DNA of 64,000 nt from Monosiga brevicollis MX1 (Eukaryota): positions 294,455 through 358,454 of the forward strand of contig NW_001865056.1 in NCBI RefSeq assembly GCF_000002865.3. Reading direction: 5' to 3'. The notes below the pieces were generated by a model. It did not search any database. It was not told where the DNA came from and saw only the letters and a program-made list of their open reading frames with translations. Shown in pieces: positions 52,101 to 64,000 of this stretch. The translations under genes and the position numbers were made by a program. Positions within the stretch are counted from its first letter, which is position 1; each line of letters starts with the position of its first letter.

Positions 52101-52516
52101 CGCTCCAGTGAAGTCACACACACATCAAACACACACAGAGAGAAAATGGAAAAAAAAATGAAAGAGCAAAACCTCTGCTTTAAGATTCACATCAGGAATT
52201 TACTACATGTAAGAACAACTTTTGCCGCTGCGTTTCGGCGTAGGAGAGGTGATGGCTGCAGTTATGACGCTTGCTATTGGTGTTCAGAATGGATGAGCCT
52301 TCATGTTGGGGCATGCGGTGGACACGATGCTCCGCTTTTGGTGTGGATTGTGTGATGAGAGCACGATTCAAATTGATATCCATGCTAACAAGCTAGGGCA
52401 CATGAATGGCAGCGCACAGCGCCCGCACAAGTACAACGTGCATTTTCTAACGACCTCAGAGCCATGCTGTGCCTCGAAGAGCATGGTCACGGGCACAGCT
52501 GGAAAAGAAGCTTGTT

Positions 52517-53874
52517 TCAGACCTTCTTGTTCTTGGGGGCCGACTGAAGGGCCGCCCTGGGTGTTGAAGCTCCCGAGCCAGCACCCAGAGGATTTTGCCG
52601 TTGGTTGGCTTGCTCTGATTCAGCCCGCTCACTAAAGCGCAACAGAAAATACAACTCGGCACCCACGGCCACGACACTACACAAAACACCAAACAAGACG
52701 CGCTGGAATGGGTTGACCGGAGCGAGCGGGACAGGCCTGCTCGTGAGCTTGAACGATCAAAGGTAGAGAGTTATACGGCTACTGGCGTGTCAAAAAGGCC
52801 TGCGCCAAGGAGTAAACAAACGCAAAACATACCCAGGCGACGTTTGGAAAGGCATATTGTGAGGCGAAAAACCCAAAGAAGAAGCAGGCCACGAGCGTCA
52901 GCAGGATGTTAAAGATGACGCCCAGCTGACGGCCAATCTCCTTGACTGCAGGTCACAGCAAGCCAGCCATGGTCGTTCAACGTAAGGAAGGCACAAGAGA
53001 ATGCTGGGGCATGAATCAGCAAGGTTGACATCCCAGCTCGCTGAATCCAGGCAGCGAGGTGAATTTAGGTGGGATACTCCTCGGGGAGACTGCACATACC
53101 TTCCAAGGGACTGCTGGTATAGTCGGCCTGCACGGACATGCATCACATTGGCGTAGAAGGCCGTGATGCCACAAGCGGGATGAGTGCTGATGTCCCGCAG
53201 ACCCGGTTCAAGAGGTGTGTGGCAAAAAGGGGTCACATACGCTGCTGCCCTCGACGCGGCGCACCATCCGCTGATACTCGCGCTCAGCTACAATGGCCTT
53301 GAGACGCTCACGTCGAGCCACGAGATCCGGATGCTGGTGCGCAGGTCATGCGAAGATAAAATACCCCAGGTCCGGTGAGCTGGGATGGATGGATGGCGTG
53401 TCCGAGGCTGAGGCTGAGCGGAAACGGAGCCAGCGATAAGTACCGGCTCGGGTGCTTGGTAGCCTTTCTCCACAATCTCCGAGTTGACCATCAATCGATG
53501 CAAGTAAACGGGAGGCGATACGCCTGCAAGTGTGGTCAGGCGCCACGCACGGTATGTGCACGTGTTAGAATTGAGAACCAAGGCCATGCTGCCTTGAAGT
53601 GGTCAACAAGAGCTTGAGCACACACGCACCTTGCTTTTGAGCTCGCGCCTTGAGGTCGAGGACCTCCGACCACGCCACCGTGTCATCTACCAGTCGCCCC
53701 CAAATCAGCCCCAAATCAGCCCCCACTGGCCCGGGTCAAGCAAGGAGAGACAGCCAGCAACCGTGTAACGCCCCCACCTGCAAAGACGGATTGGCATTTG
53801 AGCTGGTCGGCGACCTCGCGCATGGCCGGGGTCACCTTGACCATCACCGGAGGAAGGAGCTTGGTCTCCTCCAT
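52517..53874 (-). CDS. TMEM199: V-ATPase assembly factor Vma12/TMEM199
   Basis: VYLHRLM..; HPDLVARRERLKAIVAEREYQRMVRRV; VKEIGRQLGVIFNILLTLVACFFFGFFASQY; RVLFGVLCSVVAVGAELYFLLR; C-terminal KNKKV*. Confidence 0.88.
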
Positions 53875-53878
53875 CTTC

Positions 53879-53881
<3 letters not shown>

Positions 53882-53916
<35 letters not shown>
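53882..53916. repeat. (CA)n (sense strand) abutting the TMEM199 start codon
   Basis: Run ends about 7 bp from ATG 53874. Confidence 0.95.
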
Positions 53917-53917
<1 letters not shown>

Positions 53918-54446
53918 AAAAGTGCAGAGTGTGCTCGTATTGTAAACTTGATCCCTGGGAAGTTGAAAAGGTGCTAAAAAGTCTAGGAAATTCGATGGAA
54001 ATTAGATGACGGCTTGGTGGGCGTCCCGCGTATCCAACTGGCTGCAATACAGGTGAGGTCACCCGGCTGGCTGCCCGATTCTTCTTCGACATGCCCTTCC
54101 ATCGGTGCAAAGGCGAAGAAGACTGCAAGTCGTGCTTCCATGGTTCGTTCCACGCAAGCACGCGGAAAAAAAAAAAAAAGAGTGCAGGTGATGGGTTAAC
54201 GCGTCGATGCTCCGGTTGCTGGAGCTTGAGGTTTGAATTGTTTTTCAAGGCGCATCTCAATGCGACTCTTCACCATAGTGCATCGCGACATCCATCTTGA
54301 TTTCGATTTCAATTGCAAAGCAAAGCAAAGAATGAATCGAACTGCTTGACCCAGCAAGTGGTAGCAGACCCCCATAACTTCCATGTGAATAATAATTATC
54401 AAATTGATGTGGCCTCTATTGATGACCAGTCTGACTCCTGAAGTCT

Positions 54447-57400
54447 TCACCAAAGGTCATCAACGGCCAAGTGCTGACTCTCATTCACCAGGCTGATCGA
54501 GCCCGAGAGATCCGAGTCGTCGCCTTCGCTATTTGCTGTTGCAAAGTAGCCCGTAACCGAGACGGCAGAAGCAGCGTTCCCAGACGGGACGCCATACAAG
54601 TCCTCGTGTGGTTCCAACTGCAGATCTCGCTGTCCGGCGCCAGACAAACTCGCGGCTGGCCAGCTGCCGTGAGCTTCTGCTGCACCAGCTTGGTCCACAT
54701 ACTCGAGCACAGTAGCTGGCGATGGCGAACGTGGGGTGCTACAGCTGCTTGTGGAGGCTGAGTTCTGGGGGGCGCTCTCATACACACCCAACTCACCGCT
54801 CTCCGTGTCACTGACCTATGATCAGGCAAAAAGCACAAGGAGAAAAGAAACGAGAGAAGGTGGGGGGTTCAGTATTTCACTTCAAACAAAAAAGAACACT
54901 TGAGAGGGTCCGGCATGGAATTGACTCACCGTCAGGTCAGTGTCGTCAAGGTTTTGCGCCGAGTCATTCCGGTCTGGGCGCCGCCCACCAGGTGCGAGAG
55001 CATCTTGAGTACGAGCATGCACAGGAGGCCGCGCCTCAAGCCGCAGGTGCATGCGCCCCAGTGATCGCTGGTAGGCAAGCTCATTGTCGGCAATTGACAA
55101 CTAGAGGTGGGACGCAGACAAGAATCACGGCCGCGACGGTGACACTTTGAATTGAATCTCATTATCTGACAGTGAATCAACACCGCTCAGGTCGGACACG
55201 CAACCCACCTCAAGCTGACGCTTGCGAATACGTGACTGCGCAGTGCGCTGGTCAAAATCCTCGGCCTCCTGCCGCATCTACACATGTCCATCGGTCAGTG
55301 CAGGAGAGGTGGAGAAAAATAACTACGGCGGGATACCTGCAACAGCAACGGCCAGCGCCGTCATGGCATAGGCTGGTAGCCCCAGCAGCGTTGCTCGATT
55401 CGGAATGAGGCCATTCAAGCTTACCTGAGCGCGAAGCCGACGGGCTCGTTGCTGCAAGCCTCGAGCACGAAGCGAGTGCTCGGCTTCCGCTGTCATTTGC
55501 TCGGCCTCACGAGCTTCCAGCCGCGCCAGATTCTATCACGACATGGCGAAGAGCGGCGTCAGGGGCGGCAAAATAGCTTTGCCGAACACATCGAGCCAGC
55601 AGCAACGCACAGCTTTGGTCCGCAGCTGAGCAGCCCGTGTCATGCGGCACTCTGGTTCCTGCCCTGCGCGGGCCAGCGCCAAAACGGCTTTGATCTTGGC
55701 GTCTTCTGAGGGCAGGCCGGTTGCATCGTGAGGCGCACCATAAACCTGCGTTTGACTCGTTCCTTCCCACAGAAACTGGTCAAGGACACAGAACAGAGTT
55801 AACTGACCCGAGCGCGTAGCTGGCTTTGTCTGCGCTTCTTTCTCCTTGCGTCGGGCCTCCGCAATCACATCAGCCTTTGCCCGGGCTGCTGTAAGATGAA
55901 ATGGCACGGGCCGCGTCGGAGCCTACCAGGATGCGAGGTGAAGAACGCATCATACCGTCACTGCATCAGACTCAATCACCTCCGGTTGATGAGGCAAGCA
56001 CTTATGGCCCGCACCTTCTTTTGCGTCGAGGCGGGAGTAGTGGGGTGTGCAGGCACTGGATTGACAGGCTCAGACTTTCGGCGCAATGCCTGTCGCTCCG
56101 CCCAGACCCAGGCGCGTTCTTCCATGGCTCCTGGGGCTTTGGCTGCCTTGAGCTTTTCTTCGGCCCGGATGCGCAGTCTGTAAGCAGCGTTGCCTGGTAT
56201 GAGATAGAGCATAGAAACCGAGCAAGTGCCGGGCAAGGCCGTTGCACGGGCACACGAGTCAATCCAAGATGGGTCTGACTTGATTTTTCGATAAAAGTCC
56301 TGTTCCTGTAACTGGGCGTATTTGTCCGAGCGAAGAATCTGGCGTGGAGGCGGCGCAGCCTTGAAGTTTGCGTGTTGAGCTTCCCGCTCCTCTCTATGAG
56401 ACAGTCGATTGAGTTGAGTCAAGGGTGGAGCAGATGCAACGTCCTGCATTGGCAGATGGCAACGAGTACAAGCATACTTGAGACGCTCGTGGCGGGCTTG
56501 GGCATGTTGATGAGCCTTTTGCTTCTCGCGCCACGTTTGACGCAATGTCGTAAACTGCCATGGGCAAAGGAATCGAAGATGGGTCAAGCGGAATCACAGT
56601 CAAGAATGGTCAAGGGCGCACAGCGCTAAAGATTGAGTTCTTCGATTGCACGACCAACCTTTTCTGCTTGGCGCAAGCGTTGGTCAAGCATATGGGGCAT
56701 TCGCTCTTGCAATGTTGAGGCTGACAAATGGATTTAGCAGCGGCGAGCCACCGTGAGGGTCACCTTGAGACTCGTCACAATGATGCAGATTGGTTCGTGG
56801 CCCACTGACCTGGCATGGTTGTTGGCTGCGGTGCGTTCTGGCATTCAGCTTCACTAGCGGCAGCACGACCCGATTTTTCTTGCATGTAGGCGATCATGCC
56901 TTTAGTGATCACTGGAGCCGTGCAGCTGGCCACACGAGGAGGCGGGCGCACGGGTCGAGCCTTGGGTGGTGGCGGGGGTGGTGCCTTTCGCACTTGTTCT
57001 GGTGGGAAGTAGTCGTTGGGATCAAAGCCTGCAGCAGAGGTCATATGAACGTGAGAAGCTGCGGCGCACAGGTATGCGCGGGGGCGGAAAAGGAAGGCAT
57101 GGCAAGAGTGTGACATGGAAGATGGACTAAAAGCGCGGAACGAGAAGAAAGACGCAGACACACGCTACAAACGGGCAGATGGGTGAATCATTTTTCTTGC
57201 AAAAGCACGGCCTGTTGCTCACACCAACCTTGCCACATGTTCGCAATGGGGTCCGGGGCTGGAGCACGGGGTCTCACATCCTCGTCCGGGATGCTGAAAT
57301 GAATGTCAGCCAGACGGTGATGCAGATCAGACGCGCGGGCCAACGGAGCAGTTGGGAGCTCAAAGGGGTAGTCGGGTGCCGTTGCAAAGCCGTCCGGGCG

Positions 57401-57832
57401 CTGCTGAGCTGCATCCGCATGCATTTCTCGGTGTAGCTCGTAGGCATCCTCAGCAAATGCCTCGCGTCCATCCAAGACTCTCTCCATGATGGCTGTCGTA
57501 CGCGTCACCTCCTCTCGTGCCTGCACCAACTGCAAGTCGGGTTCAGAACAAGAAGATGAGGACGGGCAAGGGGGGCCGTTCTGCATCAGCGCCCGATTCA
57601 CGAATCGCCTTTTGTCACTTTTCCATACCTTGGCATAATATTGGCGTTGCTCGTGAGGGAGCGTCTCCAGCAACTCTGCCAGGTCCATGTTGTCATCAGC
57701 TTCAACTGCTTCAGGATCGCCTTGACCCGAGCGCTGTGCACCCAAGGGCCCCCGGCGTCCAACATCATATCGATCGCTCCGTCTGGCCTGCCATGGCGGC
57801 AAAGGACCCTGTCCCGCCAGCAATCCCGCCAT
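54447..57832 (-). CDS. FAM161 (UPF0564)-like centriole/ciliary protein (multi-exon; boundaries approximate)
   Basis: FKAAPPPRQILRSDKYAQLQEQDFYRKIK/..IRAEEKLKAAKAP resembles the FAM161 motif FKA.P.P...L.E.E.YR......RA.E.L; also MTRAAQLRTKAVR and charged helices. Confidence 0.55.
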
Positions 57833-58566
57833 CCTTCCACGTCCGCCTCTTGCCGCCTGCGCTGCCGTCGGCCCTCAAACAAGCCGTCACCCGCTCAGAG
57901 CTGGCGTGTAACGGATGTGCGACCGTTGGAAATGGAAAAAATCCGAAATTTTCATGAATTGTCTGACATAACATGCTATTTGGTGTCTCTGCATTCTTCA
58001 TGTGTTTCACTCTCATCTCTGCTTTCTGCTTCGAATTCGCATCGTTGTGTTACATCTGGCCAACTCTTTCTCTGGATGCAGCAAGCACCACCTCTTCATC
58101 TCTCTTCAAATCATCATTGATCAAAGCGTGATATAATTCACACTATCGCTTGAGCAGCACTACCAAATGTACTAATTCTCCCGCGGCCTTAGTGACCCAG
58201 TTTTGCCGATCGAATGCCATCAAAGTTCGCACTTCTGTGCTCGACTCAAGCTGCGAAGGAAACGGCACCCAGGGAGCAGCCGCGGCAAGGAGCGGTAGCT
58301 TCGGCAAGCATACCGTGTGTCGTTGTGGCTCTGCTTAGCACGCTTTATTTTTCGAACTGGTCGCTTGTAGGACCCTGCAGGGGCCCACGGTTGCTCAGTG
58401 CGAGGTGTCAATAGCGAGGTGCCATATTGACCGGCATCAAGCCCGTCCCCCGCAATTGCTACCAGCGACGTTGCAAGCATCTTTGGCGTGACCGCAAACG
58501 GCAAACCCGATCTGTCCTGAAGAAGCCCCGGCACACCGAGTTGAAAGCCGACAAAGATCGTGAGCC

Positions 58567-60365
58567 ATGTCGAGTCAACTAGCCGAGGACGTGCGCGAAG
58601 AAGAATTCGAGGAGGATGTAGCGGACGAGGCTGAGGGTGAAGAGGAGGACGCGCCCACCAGCGACGCAGGCGCTGCCGATGGCGATCAAGACGAGAAGGA
58701 AGAGGATGCAGAGGAAGAGGAAGAAGAGGAAGAAGAGGAAGAGGTATGCTCACGTGAACCCACTCACACAGCCCACGTGCTCCCGTGTCGCATGCATGCT
58801 GATCATTCTCTTCCCTGCGTCAGGCTGAGGAAGTGGTGGCTACTCGGGACGATGTGGCTGGCACCTTGGACCTTTTGGGTCGAACAGCCGATGCCCTTGA
58901 ATTTGCTTTCATTCGTTGCCGTCTGCTTGATCGGTGCGTATGGGCGTGCATGTGTGTCGAAGGGGAAGGGGGTACCGCTTCCTCACGACGCTGCCTGCTT
59001 GGATGTTGTCTCGTCATTATGCGTCGTCACAGCGCGGTGACCGACGTGGCCGTACTGGCCGAATTTAAGCATCTTCAAATTCTGGTAAGAAAGTTGCCGT
59101 CGGCGCTTTTCAGGGGCTCTCTTCGAGTGCGCCAGCTTGAACTTTATCGCCATAGAGATGATTGACGAGGTCTGTTTGCTTTTTTTCTTGATTACAGGAG
59201 CTGAATGGCAACGATCTGACAACTTTGCAGCCCTTGGCGTCACTCAAGTACCTTACCAGTGTCACAGTTCGCAATAATCGTCTCAAGCAGCTGCAGCTAG
59301 GCGAGATGAAATATCTGCAACGCCTGGACATCAGTGGTGCGACATGGAATGCTCATCCGCCTGGCCCCGCTCACACCGAAAGCCACCTTGGCTCACATTT
59401 ATTGTTTCACCCTGACTCTGGCAGGTAATCACATCAAGAACCTGGATGAGCTCAACACACCAAGTTTGCGCTACCTGGATGCGAGTACCAACAGCATCAG
59501 GGCGCTGGGATTTGCCACGCAATTGCCTGCCCTCGAACACCTCAACATATCAGAAAACAAGTCGGTTCCTACTCGCACATCACCCACGGCTGGCTAAACT
59601 TGTTGAAAGCCCCTTTGGCCTGATGAGATTGTTCGTGTTGGTGCATCGTGACGAGCGAGCACCCGAGCCTCACCCCAGCCACCATCCCACTGTTGCAGGC
59701 TGCGGGCATTAGACACCCTTGATCACCCGCGGTTGGCTGAACTCGAGCTGTCCGGGAACGAAGTGGGTAGCCTGCAGTTTCTGGGTGATCTTCCAGCTTT
59801 GACCACTCTGAGTGCCATGGGCAGTCATCTCGAGGTGAGTATATCTGCACCCGACGCCTATGTTTGAACCGACGTGTAAATCAGAGTGTGGCTTGTCCGT
59901 TCATCTCGTCCGCGTGTTTGTGGTGCTGGTGACGTTCATAGTCCATCGAGCTGGACACGACACTGCCCAACCTGACAACACTGCATCTGGATGACAACAA
60001 CTTTGCCGACCTGAACATTCTCAAGGAGCTCAGTGTGCTGTCCAGCCTGGCACACCTGTCAATGAGCGGCAACTCGTGCGCGGAGGAGGGCGATTATCGT
60101 GTGGAAGCCTTGGTCGCTATCCAGGGCCTCAAGACATTGGACGGCGAGGGTTACGATTCAGAGGATCGCGATGAAGCGCGCAACGTAAGATGTCGGGTTT
60201 TTTTCTTGTTGTCACTTGATTCTGTGTCATTTGTGCCAGCCCTCTTTTGAATACGCGATCGTGTTGAGCTGTGACTTGTTTATGCGCATGAATTCTTCTC
60301 ACATGAACCTTGCACCGCCTGGGCAATTCTTGTAGCTGCGGCAATCACGGCTCGAGCAGGCATAG
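58567..60365 (+). CDS. LRRC23: Leucine-rich repeat protein 23 (axonemal radial-spoke-associated)
   Basis: Acidic N-terminus, then LDLLGRTADALEFAFIR, LRRs (HLQILELNGNDLTTLQPLASLKYL; EMKYLQRLDISGNHI; LPNLTTLHLDDNNF) and LRR cap GNSCAEEGDYRVEALVAIQGLKTLDGEGYDSEDRDEA; same layout as animal LRRC23. Confidence 0.8.
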
Positions 60366-60414
60366 TGGCAGCCGCAGCAGCTACAGGTACTTGTGCGTGG
60401 CCAATGTACCCTCC

Positions 60415-62897
60415 TCAGGCTTGACGATGGAAGGCAAACAGCAGCTGCGAAGGGCGGATAAGAGAATTGAGAGAACACGCAGTTGTCAGTGAAACGCTTC
60501 GTCCACATCTGCGGTGCCCTGCATGATCTGCGGCCCCACATTCACGTGCAATGGGAAAAAAAAACCCCCTGCTCCTTCACTCGAGCCGCGCCAACCCCTC
60601 TTCCCGTTGCCCTGAGTTACCAACTTGGTTGTTGTCAAATAATTCATTAAAATGCAGTTCAAGCTCCGCTTCTGTTTTGCCCACCTGCATGGTCAAGCGT
60701 CAGCAAAGAAGTCAGACAGAGATAGACATTGGCGAGCAAGTGGGGCGGAAAAAAAAACCCCAAACAGCCGTTTGCCCATCGCTGGCGTACCAAGGGATTG
60801 CTCTTGTACGAATCTGGCCGCTGATGCATCTCGCACGTCAAGCCTGGGGTGGTGCGGAGCTCTTGCACGAGTTCCCGGGCACCTTGGCTGCAGAATTGGG
60901 CAAGCATATGTCCGGCGCATTGAGCAGATGAGGAAGGATAGGCAGACCAAATGAGCGTGATATCAGGTGCCCCGCCAACCCCTCAAAAAAAAAAAAAGAA
61001 AAAAAAAAAAGGTTGCTCGCAATGAGGAACATTAGATGAAGACGAACCGCTTGCCCCCAGAAACATAGTAGAAAGTACCACCAACGGGTAGAAGGGCCCG
61101 GATGGTGTTGATAAGCGGCTGGACAAGCGCGTTGTCATAGATCAGGTCACAGCCGAGGAGAACGTCAAACTGTTGGTCGACGGCAACGTCGGGGTCAATG
61201 CGATATGTCTCAGGCTTGGTCCAGTCCAAGCAATGAACGGCGGCACGGCTGGCCATGCTATTGTTGTCTCCGTTGCGTTTGACATTGGCCCGCAAGTTTT
61301 CAAGCGTAGGCTCAAACACGTCGGTCATCACCACCTGGTGTAGACAAGGGCCAACGTCATGAGAACATAACGTCGAACGAATGCTCAAAAGGCGATCCAA
61401 GAGCGACACGCGGCTTCGTGACATACCTGTTTAGCGTCTGAATAAGCCAGGGTGGCTAGCGCAGGGAGACCGCATCCTGCACCCAGCTCACACACCCGCT
61501 TGCCATCAAGTTCAGGGGCCAGGTCAACGATCCAGTATGCCATGACCAAGGATGCTGCCCAGATTTGAATGCCCGTCGTGTCATCTTCAGCTCGCTTGTC
61601 AAACACCTGTGCAAAAAGAGGCCAGACAATCCAGACCGGAGTGGGGGACACAGGCAGCAGAGGGAGGAGGAAGAGGAAGAAAAGCGTCAGTTGATTAGTT
61701 GGTGACATGGTGTGTACACTCTGCGTGGCTTCAAAACAACCCACCTTGCCGAACCAGGAGGTGGCAATCTCGTCAACGTGAAGGGGGGGCGTGTCCGGTT
61801 TGAAGCACATGACGTGTTCGTATTTTTGCACCACGTTGGGGTCGACACTCAGTCTCAGTTCCCTCACCACTTGCCCCCTGGACCGCAGCATCCGGTTGAC
61901 CACCCTTCTTTTCTAGCTGCTTGGCACTGGGGTGCTCAAGAACCATCTGCAAAACATCTTTGTCCTCAACGTTGAAGGCCTCGGACACACAGCTCTTGCC
62001 TAAAGCGGCCGCGGGAAGGTGGCGTTGTGAGATCGATCCACGGGATGACTCTACAAAAACGAAAAAGTTATTAACACACCAAAACTGTTGGTGGCCAAGA
62101 CGTCTACTTGCTCAAACCCATCCAGCAGCAGCCGAACCATGTCCACGGCCTAGCGTTTGGAAAAAATAAAGTAACATTTAGATGACCGGTAAGAACAGGC
62201 TTGGTGGAAGAGTTGATATCACGTTGGGTCGGAACGGGGCCTCGGTACGGCCAGAGCGCCGGGCAGGAGGATTAACCTTGTTGGTAATGGCCCAGTGCAG
62301 AGGGGTGTTGCCACTATCATTGGCTTTGAAATGGGCGCCGCGCTCCATGAGTGCTTGAACGCAATCCAGATGCCCATTGGCGGCAGCCAGATGCAGGGCT
62401 ACAATTACAAGACGACACGGGCCCGAGGGGGGGGGGCGCAGCCAAGAGGCGCGGTGAGTGAGCAGGCAAGCTGAGCAGGAGGGCAGTGGAGGTGATGACC
62501 ATGCTTCTTGAACAGGCTACCAAGCAGCAGGCGCTCTAGATGCAGACGACAAGACGACAGGAAGGGGGTGGGAGTGGGGGGTAAGACCCCCCAAAAAGCC
62601 TTTTGCAGGCTGATATCACGAACCAGAGTTGCCAAGGTCGTCAGCAGCATTAACGTCCACGCCATGTTGATCTAGCCAAGCCACCAAGTCCTCAAGTTCA
62701 CCATAACTAGAGGATAATCACAGCAGGCCACAGTGACAGGTCGTGAGACACATCCAGGACAAGAAGGTTGACAAGCTGACTGCCCATGGTGCTCAAAAGC
62801 TGGGTTGAACCTACCGTGCACACAACTGCATCTCGAGCACCGGATCAAGAGGCTCCTCCTCCTCCTGCAGGGGGGCCTGTTCTTCGGGTGCCGCCAT
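60415..62897 (-). CDS. Ankyrin-repeat (Yar1-like) plus class I SAM-dependent lysine methyltransferase (Methyltransf_16) fusion protein
   Basis: N-terminal MQLCAR..ELEDL..VDVNAADDLGN/.LHLA.ANGHLDCVQALM..NDSGNTPLHWAITN..FGKSCVSEAF; C-terminal TGIQIWAASLVMA, VCELGAGCGLP, VVMTD, LRANVKRN, LDW, LGCDLIYD. Confidence 0.83.
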
Positions 62898-63393
62898 TGC
62901 TCCAGGCACCTTGTTCTCTTATAACCTTGACCCAACCGTCCACTGAAGCACGTATTATGTCGAACAAACGCCTCACGATCCGCCTTCAAACTATATCGTC
63001 GCCTCACGAGTCCAGGGAAAAGGCACACCCAAAAGGAGTCCGAGTACGCGCGCGCGCTCAGCGAGAGCAGAAAAAAAAAAACGCGCTCAATCTCAATCAG
63101 CCCATGTGCCAGTCCCCAAAAGTCTGACAATCACATTATGTCAGACGATCCACCTGACGCAACGCCTGACAAACTGCCATCGGCTTTCAAGCCGTTTGCT
63201 CAAAGGCCACACCTCGTCAGAAACTTCCGAGTGCGCGAGAACAAAAGAAAAAAAAGTATAAGACAGAGAGAGAGAGAGAGAGAAGAGAGAGAAGCTCATG
63301 TGCTCTCATTTTATATTGTTACAGTGAGTAACTAACAAAAGAATGAGAGAGAGAAACGAGAGAGAGAGAGACAGAGACTGAGCGAGGCTTCAA

Positions 63394-63410
63394 ATGGCAG
63401 CGCCTGCGAA

Positions 63411-63441
<31 letters not shown>

Positions 63442-63852
63442 GCCTTCTGTTGTATCGAGCTGCCTTTTGCTCTTTGTGCCGTTGCATTTGTCTTGGTGTT
63501 TGGGAGATTGGTTGGAACGGGGAGGGGCTCGGCTTGGTCTACTGGCTGCAAGTGAGAGGCGGTTTCTTGCAGCCCGTTCTCGAAACCGCGTACCGTTGGG
63601 TCTCTCCGTGATGGGATGGGCTCGTCTTGTTGACGTGCTGGGCTGGGTGGGGCCTTGTTGCATGTCTTGCAAGTCCAGGGAACACGCCACACAGTGTGCA
63701 TGCTTCATCGGTTCATTTTCAAGCTGCCTCAGACTCACCGCCATTTCAACCAACTCTTCGTTGCATGTGGTGTCTGCTCTTGCTTTACAGTTTGTGCGTT
63801 TGACCACCACCATGGCCATGGCGCTGCGCACTCTCCGCTCTGCCTCGATGAA
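63394..63852 (+). CDS. 5' end of a probable secreted protein (continues beyond the window)
   Basis: ATG after a (GA)n tract: MAAPAK-L10-AFC with (CTG)9 encoding the signal peptide; phase-compatible exon FCAFDHHHGHGAAHSPLCLDE ending at a gtaagc donor. Confidence 0.4.
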
Positions 63853-64000
63853 GGTAAGCTTGTGCATGCAGCCCGGCTCGGATTGGAAAAGCACGGCAAG
63901 AGCAGTGATGGCGATGGCCCGACCACCTGCTGGAGCTGGATTCATCGGGGCGAGAAACGAAGGAATGGGTTGAGCTTTTTTTGGGAAGGCAAAGGCCCAC

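Noticed and set aside
63319..63945. 208-aa minus-strand ORF with polyQ
   Set aside because: Better explained as the antisense of a plus-strand poly-Leu signal peptide gene whose splice signals lie on the plus strand.

Overview
This is eukaryotic genomic DNA: gene-dense, about 55% GC by eye, with many short (about 80-200 nt) GT-AG introns, abundant (CA)/(CT) microsatellites and two assembly gaps. The gene set is animal-like (CDC42, FoxJ2/3, PEN-2, CD-MPR, an SH2 adaptor, LRRC23, FAM161, AASDH) but also holds genes better known from fungi and plants (Efg1, a Yar1-like ankyrin domain). I infer a unicellular holozoan, most plausibly a choanoflagellate such as Monosiga. I rebuilt about 22 spliced genes by hand; most ORF-track entries are exon fragments or antisense/microsatellite shadows. 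I found no rRNA, tRNA, CRISPR array or transposon. The most notable items are: (i) a secreted FAS1 protein with acidic Ser-Gly glycosaminoglycan-attachment motifs and an S/T stalk, a candidate proteoglycan core protein that the ORF track missed; (ii) a Yar1-like ankyrin domain fused to a class-16 lysine methyltransferase; (iii) a signal-anchored JmjC hydroxylase carrying a MIB/HERC2-like barrel; (iv) a bacterial-type tandem CE15-like esterase whose second domain looks inactive; (v) an NRPS-like AASDH with a GC-AG intron; (vi) a head-to-head ciliary gene pair; (vii) an antisense overlap between two coding sequences. All family calls come from recognising motifs by eye, not from database searches, and exon boundaries are manual predictions.
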